Shown piece after piece: positions 54,174 through 64,000 of a stretch of DNA of 64,000 bases (position 1 is the first letter of the stretch; every line of letters begins with the position of its first letter). This DNA is from Verrucomicrobiota bacterium (lineage in GTDB: Bacteria; Verrucomicrobiota; Verrucomicrobiia; Limisphaerales; CANJSG01), in assembly GCA_038209745.1 (NCBI GenBank), contig JBBQXJ010000004.1:37882-101881 (forward strand), given 5' to 3'. Below the pieces are notes generated by a model. The model saw nothing but the letters and a program-made list of their open reading frames with translations, did no database searches and was not told the DNA's origin. The translations under genes and the position numbers were made by a program.

Positions 54174-56357
54174 ATGAAATCCCTGAGCCTTCTTGTTCCC
54201 CTGGTCGTGGCCGGCGCCTCCTGGTGCGTCCGCGCCGGAGAACCGTTTCCTTTGCTGCCCGGAATGACCGTGAAGAGCCTGAACGCGACTGGCCGGGCCG
54301 AGTTCAGCCTCGACGGCAAGGGCGGCACCATGACCGGCCCGCTTGAGCTGACCTACAGCAACGTCGTCCTCCGTGCGGACAGCATCACTTCCCCGAATTT
54401 CCAAGAATACCACGCCAACGGCCACGTCTCGATCCTCCAGAACGGCGCCGCCTGGTATGGCGACCACATTGTCTGGAATCCGACGACCAAGGAGATCTCG
54501 GCCGACTCGTTCAAGGCCGGCTACGACCCGCTCTACGTCTACGGCGAAGGCCTGCACTTCGACACCGCCACCCAGACCTATCAGGCCACCAACGCGGTCC
54601 TCACCACCGACAACGTCGCGGACCCGGCCCACGAGCTCCACGCCAAGACGATCCGCATCGTCCCGGGCGAATACATCGAGGTGGACGGGGCCAAGATGGT
54701 TCTCGGCACGGTGCCGGTCTTCTACTGGCCCTACTACCACCGGTCTCTCGGACGGCATCCGATGAACTTCTCCTTCGTGCCGGGCTACCGCTCGCGCTAC
54801 GGGGCCTTCCTCGAGTCGAAGTTCAATTTCCAGCTCAACGACACCGTCGACGGCGCGCTCCGGTTCGACATGCGGAGCAAGCGCGGATTCGCCGGCGGAC
54901 CGGACGTCTTCTTCCACCTGGACCGCTGGGGCGAAGTGGGTCTGCGCTACTATTACCTGACGGACGATGCGCCGGGAGTGGACCCGCTCCTCCAGCCGAT
55001 CCACGACAAGCGCGACCGGCTGAAGTTCACCTACGACGCGACGTTCATGACCAACCTCACGGTCAAGAGCCAGATCCGCTACCAGCGGGACGGGTACATC
55101 GTCCGCGATTTCTTCGAGAGCGAATACCGGGAGAACGTCCAACCCAACAGCTTCGTCGAGGTCAACCAGCAATGGAGCAACTGGGCCCTGGACGCCTACG
55201 CCCAGCCCCGGGTGAACCACTACTTCGAGACGGTCGAACGCCTCCCGGACCTCCGTCTCACCGGCCTGCGCCAGCAGCTCGGCGACACCCCGCTCTACTA
55301 CGACAGCGAATCGTCCTTCGCCTATCTCCAGCGCTCGTTCGCCAACGTCTCGACCAACGACTTCTCCGCCTCCCGCGCCGATACGTTCCACCAGGTCACC
55401 CTCCCGTGGAACTTCTTCGGCTGGCTGAACGTCACCCCCCGAACCGGGGCCCGCTACACCTACTACACCGCTGCGGACGGTCCTGGTGCCGCGACATCGT
55501 CCCAAAGCCGCTGGGTCTACCACACCGGGGCCGAGATCAGTCTGAAAGCCTCGCGGGTCTGGGAAAACGCCGCGAATCAGCTGCTCGATGTCCAAGGCCT
55601 CCGGCACATCATCGAACCGTCGCTGAACTACGTCTACGTCCCGAGCCCGAGCCGCCCGCCGAGCCAATTGCCGCAGTTCGACTACGAAATCCCCAGCTTG
55701 CGCCTCCTGCCGATCGAGTATCCGGACTACAACGCCATCGACTCGATCGATTCCCAGAACGTTCTCCGCCTCGGCCTGCGAAACCGCCTCCAGACCAAGC
55801 GCGAAAACAAAGTGGAGGACCTCGTCGCGTGGAGCCTCCTTGTCGACTGGCGCCTTGATCGGCGACCCGGCCAGGCCACCATTTCCGATGCCTTCTCGGA
55901 TCTGGATTTCAAGCCCCGCTCCTGGATCACCCTGAACTCGGCCCTGCGCTACAGCGTGGAGGACGGCACTTTCCGCGAGAGCTACCATCGGATCTTCCTC
56001 CAGCCGTCCGACCGATGGAGCATCGCCCTCGGCCAGCGCTATTTCAGCGATCCCGCCACCTACGGGCCCGACTCCGGACACAACACCCTTTTCAGCAGTT
56101 TCTTCTTCAAGCTGAACGAGGAATGGGCCTTCCGGACCTCGCACTTTTTCGAGGCCCGCGACGGCGTCATGGAAGAGCAGTTCTACACGCTGTATCGGGA
56201 CTTCCGCAGCTGGACCTCCGCCCTGACCTTCCGCGTCCGGGACAACCGCACCAGCGCCGACGACTACACTCTGGCGGTCACCTTTTCCCTCAAGGCCTTC
56301 CCCCGCTACGGCCTGGGGGAAGACCGGGACAATCCCGAACGCCTGCTGAGCCACTGA
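54174..56357 (+). CDS. lptD: LPS-assembly protein LptD
   Basis: Signal peptide, jellyroll-like N-domain, VPVFYWPY, PGYRSRYG, ERLPDLR, HIIEP, aromatic-rich beta-barrel. Confidence 0.8.
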   Translation: MKSLSLLVPLVVAGASWCVRAGEPFPLLPGMTVKSLNATGRAEFSLDGKGGTMTGPLELTYSNVVLRADSITSPNFQEYHANGHVSILQNGAAWYGDHIVWNPTTKEISADSFKAGYDPLYVYGEGLHFDTATQTYQATNAVLTTDNVADPAHELHAKTIRIVPGEYIEVDGAKMVLGTVPVFYWPYYHRSLGRHPMNFSFVPGYRSRYGAFLESKFNFQLNDTVDGALRFDMRSKRGFAGGPDVFFHLDRWGEVGLRYYYLTDDAPGVDPLLQPIHDKRDRLKFTYDATFMTNLTVKSQIRYQRDGYIVRDFFESEYRENVQPNSFVEVNQQWSNWALDAYAQPRVNHYFETVERLPDLRLTGLRQQLGDTPLYYDSESSFAYLQRSFANVSTNDFSASRADTFHQVTLPWNFFGWLNVTPRTGARYTYYTAADGPGAATSSQSRWVYHTGAEISLKASRVWENAANQLLDVQGLRHIIEPSLNYVYVPSPSRPPSQLPQFDYEIPSLRLLPIEYPDYNAIDSIDSQNVLRLGLRNRLQTKRENKVEDLVAWSLLVDWRLDRRPGQATISDAFSDLDFKPRSWITLNSALRYSVEDGTFRESYHRIFLQPSDRWSIALGQRYFSDPATYGPDSGHNTLFSSFFFKLNEEWAFRTSHFFEARDGVMEEQFYTLYRDFRSWTSALTFRVRDNRTSADDYTLAVTFSLKAFPRYGLGEDRDNPERLLSH

Positions 56358-56363
56358 GCCGCA

Positions 56364-56885
56364 ATGTCTGAACCGCTCGACATGCCCGACTTCCACACGC
56401 TGCGCGCGGTCAGCGGCTGGATCGAGCTCGGCAACCTGGCCGAAGCGGAGCTCGAGCTCGGGCGCATCCCCGTCCGGCGGCGCCAACAGCCCGATGTCCT
56501 GGAGGCGGAATGGCTCCTGGCCGCCGCCCGGCGCGACTGGGCCCGCGCCCTCACCGTCGCCGAGCGGCTCGTCTCCCTCGCTCCCGACCGGGCCAACGCC
56601 TGGATCCACTCCGCCTACTCCGCGCGCCGCACCGAAAGCGGTGGTCTGACCTACGCCCGTCTGATCCTGCTCCAGGCGCTGGATCGCTTCCCCGACGAAT
56701 CCGTCATTCCCTACAACCTCGCCTGCTACGCCGCCCAGCTCGGCGAACTGGACGACGCCCGTCGCTGGCTCGAAACCGCCCGTCAACGGGGCGGTTCGGC
56801 CATGATTCAAGACATGGCCCTTGCGGACGAGGATCTCCTCCCCCTGCGCGCCGAAATCCGCCGCTGGAAAACCAAGAAGCGTTAA
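56364..56885 (+). CDS. Tetratricopeptide-repeat protein
   Basis: GWIELGNLAEA, IPYNLACYAAQLG, MALADEDL; 6 nt downstream of lptD. Confidence 0.75.
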   Translation: MSEPLDMPDFHTLRAVSGWIELGNLAEAELELGRIPVRRRQQPDVLEAEWLLAAARRDWARALTVAERLVSLAPDRANAWIHSAYSARRTESGGLTYARLILLQALDRFPDESVIPYNLACYAAQLGELDDARRWLETARQRGGSAMIQDMALADEDLLPLRAEIRRWKTKKR

Positions 56886-56970
56886 GCGCGGACTGGAATC
56901 ATCCGATCCTTAGCATGGAGCAGTGTTGTCTCAGGCCCGATAAGGGCCTCGGGTCGCTCCATGAATCCGG

Positions 56971-59028
56971 ATGAGTCCACGCACGCGAGCGCCCAGAAAA
57001 CCACGCCATACCGTCCTGCCGGCCAAGGCTCTGCTGTCCGGCTTGGTCGCGCCGTTCCTTGGCGGCGTTGTCTCCGCCGCTGAATCTGGTGGCACGGATC
57101 TCACCCGGCTGACTCTCGCCGAGCTGCTCGAAGTGCCGGTGACCGTTGTTTCCAGAACCTCCAGCCCGCTCAACCAAGTGGCCGGAGCCGTCCATGTGAT
57201 CACGCAGGACGACATCCGGAGATCGGGCTCCCAAAGCCTCGCCGAGGCCCTCCGTCTGGCGCCCGGAATGGAAGTGGCCCAGGTCAATTCGGCCAACTGG
57301 GCCGTCGCTTCAGCGGGTTTCAACGACACCTACGCCAACAAGCTCCTCGTCCTTCGGGATGGTCGCAGCCTCTACACCCCGCTCTTCTCCGGAACCTACT
57401 GGAACCAGCAGACGACCCTGCTGCCGGACGTCGAAAAGATCGAGGTTGTCCTCGGGCCGGGAGCCAGCGTCTGGGGCGCGAACGCCGTCAACGGCGTGGT
57501 CAACGTGGTTTCCAAAAGCGCGTTCGACACTACCGGCACCCTCGTGCAGGCGGGTGGCGGGAACGAACTGCTCGGCCGGGCCTCGGTGCGGTCGGGTTCT
57601 CTCATCAACGAGAACCTCGCCTTCCGGGTCTACGCCCAGCAGGACGTGCAGGACGATTCGGCCACTCCTTCCGGAGGCCGTTCCCACGACGCGTCCGAAT
57701 CGACTCTGGGCGGTTTCCGCCTGGACTGGCGGAATCCGGACGAAGCCGAGTTCATGCTGAACGGCGAACTTTCCCGGACAGCGGCCGAAGCTTCCGCCGT
57801 GCTTCCCCAATTCACTTCGCCCTATAGCCAGAGCGTCCGCGCGACTGATCGGAGCTTCAGCGGATTCATCCTCGGCCGCTGGCAACGCCACTTCTCCCAG
57901 ACCTCCACCCTGAGCCTTGAGGCCTACTACGACGGCGCCCGGGTCGACCACCCGGTCCTCTCCGAAAAGCGCGACACCGGCGAGATCGGCCTCCAATACG
58001 TCACCGAGATCGGCGACACCCAGCGCTTTTCCGCCGGGGCGAACTACCGGATCACCTCCGACGACTATCCGACCACCGGGGCCACGTTCCTCAATCCACA
58101 GTCCGCGGTTCGGCAGCTGCCCAGCGCGTTCCTACAGGACGAGATCACTCTCGTCGCGGACCAACTGGTCCTGACTCTCGGGACAAAGATTGAAGGTGTC
58201 GAAGGCAACCAGGCCGAACTCCAGCCCAGCGCGCGCCTCGCCTGGCTCCCAACGAAAGCCGTCACCCTCTGGGTCTCCGTGGCCCGGGCCGCCAGGACTC
58301 CCTCCCGGGCTGAACAGAACGCTTCGGCCCTCTTCGGCGTGTATCCCCCCGGCACCTTTGACCCGGCGCTCCCCGCCGTCGTCATCGCGACCGGCGATCC
58401 GAACCTCAAATCGGAACACCTCGTCGCCATCGAAACCGGCGCCCGTTGGCAGGCGAGCGACACCCTGAGCTTCGACGTGGCCGGCCACAGCCACCTTTAC
58501 GACAATCTTCGGACCATTTCGCCGGGAACGCCCTACTTCGATCAGGTCAACTCCATCATCGTCCTGCCACAGAGCCCCGCCAATTTGATGCACGGAGTCA
58601 TCTGGAGCGGCGAGGCCGGCGTCCAATGGAGTCCGACGGCCCGCAGCCGCCTCCGCGCCAGCTATTCGATCTTCCAGCCGCATCTGGAGCGAGACCAGGA
58701 TTTCGCCGGTTCGCAGGATGTGGCCATCGCGGTCGACCGCAGTCCGCGCCACCAAGCCATGCTCTGGGGCAGCCTCGATCTTCCTGGCTCGGTGGAATTC
58801 GACACCCGTCTGCGCTACGTCAGCGCACTGACCTATTCATCCATACCGGCCTATTGGGAACTCGACGCCCGCATCGGGTGGAAGCTCGGAAACGGTCTCG
58901 AATTCGCGCTCATCGGCAAGGGTCTCCTCCACTCCACCCACGCCGAATTCGGCGACTCCCAGTATGGCGGCTCCCCCGTCTCGGTCATCGAACGGAGCGT
59001 CTTCGGGCAGATCACATGGCGTTTCTGA
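56971..59028 (+). CDS. TonB-dependent receptor
   Basis: LTLAELLEVPVTVVSR, VITQDDIRRSG, EALRLAPG, GPGASVWGANAVNGVVNVVSK plug; C-terminal QITWRF. Confidence 0.9.
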   Translation: MSPRTRAPRKPRHTVLPAKALLSGLVAPFLGGVVSAAESGGTDLTRLTLAELLEVPVTVVSRTSSPLNQVAGAVHVITQDDIRRSGSQSLAEALRLAPGMEVAQVNSANWAVASAGFNDTYANKLLVLRDGRSLYTPLFSGTYWNQQTTLLPDVEKIEVVLGPGASVWGANAVNGVVNVVSKSAFDTTGTLVQAGGGNELLGRASVRSGSLINENLAFRVYAQQDVQDDSATPSGGRSHDASESTLGGFRLDWRNPDEAEFMLNGELSRTAAEASAVLPQFTSPYSQSVRATDRSFSGFILGRWQRHFSQTSTLSLEAYYDGARVDHPVLSEKRDTGEIGLQYVTEIGDTQRFSAGANYRITSDDYPTTGATFLNPQSAVRQLPSAFLQDEITLVADQLVLTLGTKIEGVEGNQAELQPSARLAWLPTKAVTLWVSVARAARTPSRAEQNASALFGVYPPGTFDPALPAVVIATGDPNLKSEHLVAIETGARWQASDTLSFDVAGHSHLYDNLRTISPGTPYFDQVNSIIVLPQSPANLMHGVIWSGEAGVQWSPTARSRLRASYSIFQPHLERDQDFAGSQDVAIAVDRSPRHQAMLWGSLDLPGSVEFDTRLRYVSALTYSSIPAYWELDARIGWKLGNGLEFALIGKGLLHSTHAEFGDSQYGGSPVSVIERSVFGQITWRF

Positions 59029-59626
59029 CCCTCCATTTCTCCAGGAGGTGGCCTCGCCTGCGCCGTCTCCTTTTCGGATGTCTCGCCCTCTCGGCGACGC
59101 TTCTCCTCTGTGGAATTTTGGAGGACCGCGCCTCGGCGGGCGAGCCCGCCCCGGAAACCCGGCTCAAGGCCGCTCTCATCTACCGGTTCACCACCCTGGC
59201 CGAATGGCCCGCCGAATCGTTCCCATCCCCGGAAGCTCCCGTGCTCATCGGCGTCATCGGCCGTGAACCGCTTGAAGAGGCGATCCGCGGCGTTGTGGAT
59301 GGAAAACGGATCGGTGCCCGCCCGATCGTCGTCGTCGCCAAAAAGGACCTCGCGGACGTCGGCCCGCTCCACGTGCTCGTCTTTGCGGAGGGCACGAAAG
59401 AGGTGTTCGAAGAACAGCTCGCCCGCCTCGGAGACAAACCAGTCCTGACCCTCAGCGACCTCCCAGGATTCACCGCGGCTGGAGGGATGATCCGACTCCG
59501 ACGGGATGGTCCCAGGATGAACTTCGACATCAATATCAGGGCCCTGCGGCAAGCGGAGCCTGCCGGTCTCAAGCTCAACCCGCAGATCCTCAAACTGGGT
59601 CGAATCGTCGAGGGAGACGACGATTG

Positions 59627-59627
<1 letters not shown>
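59016..59627 (+). CDS. yfiR: YfiR-family periplasmic protein
   Basis: Signal peptide; [47 protein letters not shown]. Confidence 0.85.
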
Positions 59628-62089
<2,462 letters not shown>

Positions 62090-62175
62090 AATTTGATGCC
62101 TGCCCAGACCCGTTCCCGGCCGATCCCGCGCGGCATTGCGTTTGACACTTTAGGCAGGCCGGCAAACTTCCCGCA

Positions 62176-62922
62176 GTGACCTCCACCCAGGCCCCACGGC
62201 TCTCCATCGTTGTTCCCGCCTTCAACGAGGAGAAACTGCTGCCGGCCACCCTCGCAGCCATCCGCGCCGCCGCCGCCGCCTCGCTCACCCCCGCCGGCGT
62301 CCACTACGAGCTCATCGTCTGCGACAACAACTCCACCGACCGCACCGGCTCCCTCGCCCGCCTCGCCGGCGCCCGGGTCGTCTTCGAGCCCGTCAACCAG
62401 ATCGGCCGTGCCCGCAACAGCGGCGCCGCCTTCGCCCTCGGCGAATGGATCCTCTTCATCGACGCCGACTCCATTCCCTCCGCCGAGTTGCTCACCGACG
62501 CCGCGACCACCATGGACCGACCCGACGTCATGCTCGCCGGCTGCACCCTGCGCATGGACGACGCGCCTCCGGTCGCCCGTCTGTTCACCCGCGGTTGGAA
62601 CGGCCTCAGCCGCCTGTTCAAGTTCGTCGCGGGCAGCTTCATCCTCGTCCGCAAGGACGCCTTCCGCGAAGTCGGCGGCTTCGCCCCCGGCATCTTCGCC
62701 GGAGAAGAGCTCGACCTCGCCAAACGCCTCCAAAAACTCGGACGAAAACGGGGCCAGAAGACCGTCATCCTCCACGCCCATCCGCTGGTCACCTCCGCCC
62801 GCAAGCTGACCCTCTACAAACGCGGCGAACTCCTCCGCTTCATGCTCCGCGCCATGATCCTGCCCAAGCGCACCATGACCAACCGCGACGCCTGCTCCCC
62901 CTGGTATGATGGCCGACGCTGA
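62176..62922 (+). CDS. Glycosyltransferase family 2
   Basis: SIVVPAFNEE, CDNNSTDRT, ARNSGA, FIDAD, TSARK. Confidence 0.88.
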   Translation: MTSTQAPRLSIVVPAFNEEKLLPATLAAIRAAAAASLTPAGVHYELIVCDNNSTDRTGSLARLAGARVVFEPVNQIGRARNSGAAFALGEWILFIDADSIPSAELLTDAATTMDRPDVMLAGCTLRMDDAPPVARLFTRGWNGLSRLFKFVAGSFILVRKDAFREVGGFAPGIFAGEELDLAKRLQKLGRKRGQKTVILHAHPLVTSARKLTLYKRGELLRFMLRAMILPKRTMTNRDACSPWYDGRR

Positions 62923-62928
62923 TCTCCC

Positions 62929-62953
62929 GTAGCGGCGAACGGGGGTTCGCCGC
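62929..62953. repeat. Single GTAG-type REP-like hairpin between convergent genes
   Basis: gtagcggcgaac-gggg-gttcgccgc. Confidence 0.5.
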
Positions 62954-62967
62954 CAACTTCTTCCCGC

Positions 62968-63999
62968 TCACGGCCTCAACGCCTCCAGCCGGATCTCCCC
63001 GAGATCGATGCCCTCCGGCGGCGCGGGATCGGGGACGGTGAAGTTGGATTGGGCGATGGCCAGTGGCCCATTGGCGGACGCAATGATGCGATGCCCCGCT
63101 TCATCCCGAGCGGCCGGCAGGACCATGATTTGAATCGTATAGGTTCCCGATGGAACCTCCTCCGCCACAAATTCGCCGTTCGCGAGGACGCATTGAAACC
63201 GCTTTGCGTCCATAACTTTGACCTCGGGACGACGATACCATGCGCCCACCTGCTTCATATCCTTCCAAAGTTCCTTCGGCGGAAGGCTGCCCGCCGTGGC
63301 GATGAATCCGACGGTTGCCCCGTTCTCCATGACGCCCGGCGGCATGGAGCCCACCTTGGCGACGATCCGGCTACCGCTGCCGCCAAGAACCACTTCCAGC
63401 GTCTCGCCGGGCGGGATGATGACCCGCTGGGAGTTACCGGGAGACCCGGTGGAATGACCATCGGCTGTTTGTATCTGGGGAACCGGCACCAGCGCCCACT
63501 CACCCGATGGAACCATTGGCAGGACGAACCGTCCGTCCTTCTCTGCCTTCACTTTGAAGCTCCAATAAGAGGTCTGAAACGGAACCTCGGCCAGCGGGGG
63601 AACCCCGGCTCGTTGCAGGGTCACATGATTCTCCACCGGCTGGTTGTCCGGAGCCGGCCCCCAGAACTTGGGAAATGCGCTTCCCTTAAGTTGTCCCTTG
63701 ATCCTCGACCACGGCTGGAGGTGAAGGGGCTCTCCCGGTCGGATGTTGCGAGGCGAAAACTCGCCGTAGCCTTCCGCTCCCGCCGCGACCACCAGCAGAG
63801 CCAATTCATCCAGCGCCAGTTTGATCCGTCCGTGCGAATCAGAGCGCCTTGGCGCTTCCGACGCATCGGTGGCCGAAGAGGGGTAGGAAAGCAGGAGCGC
63901 ATGAGGGAGGAGAACGAGCCAGGAAGAGCGTTCCGCGCGTCGTGTTGAGCGGGGTCGCCGGGAGGTTGTTTTCTTGGGAAAACCCCGCGAACGCCCGTA
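62968..63999 (-). CDS. Hypothetical protein with carboxypeptidase-regulatory-like beta domains (5' end beyond window)
   Basis: Frame of the 62968-63804 ORF stays open to the window edge; repeated D/E-x-x-G-x-F...VPSG-x-W/Y motifs. Confidence 0.55.
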   Translation of the reverse strand, partial: YGRSRGFPKKTTSRRPRSTRRAERSSWLVLLPHALLLSYPSSATDASEAPRRSDSHGRIKLALDELALLVVAAGAEGYGEFSPRNIRPGEPLHLQPWSRIKGQLKGSAFPKFWGPAPDNQPVENHVTLQRAGVPPLAEVPFQTSYWSFKVKAEKDGRFVLPMVPSGEWALVPVPQIQTADGHSTGSPGNSQRVIIPPGETLEVVLGGSGSRIVAKVGSMPPGVMENGATVGFIATAGSLPPKELWKDMKQVGAWYRRPEVKVMDAKRFQCVLANGEFVAEEVPSGTYTIQIMVLPAARDEAGHRIIASANGPLAIAQSNFTVPDPAPPEGIDLGEIRLEALRP

Positions 64000-64000
64000 T

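Noticed and set aside
62968..63804. Last ORF as a 5'-truncated pseudogene
   Set aside because: The frame is open to the window edge, so the start is probably outside the window

Overview
GC-rich bacterial chromosomal segment. Gene content (DUF1501/PSD1 and DUF1592/DUF1552 pairs, short pilins, scattered housekeeping genes) suggests Verrucomicrobiota/PVC; this is inference, not a database result. No CRISPR array, prophage, integrase or transposase is visible. Housekeeping genes are fragmented: a lone nuoA, only the C-terminal half of carB, gltB without gltD, and convergent fcl/gmd. Also present are phosphomannomutase, dsbD, a cardiolipin synthase, lptD, tRNA-Val(GAC) and SRP RNA (ffs). There is a GspE-L/N-M-D secretion/pilus cluster with two short Cys3-His pilins and a TonB receptor-YfiR-hybrid kinase module. 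The most unusual locus is minus-strand 41319-54096: a duplicated 43-bp ECF-type promoter, a small secreted protein, an ECF sigma factor, a 1207-aa anti-sigma-like/vWA (YfbK-type) protein carrying a secretin-like amphipathic motif, and a 2412-aa repeat-built membrane protein of unknown function. Several families of miniature palindromic elements sit in this locus and elsewhere. Two lie in frame inside signal-peptide regions and one lies inside an ORF coupled by ATGA overlaps at both ends. All family assignments are by motif recognition; no searches were run.
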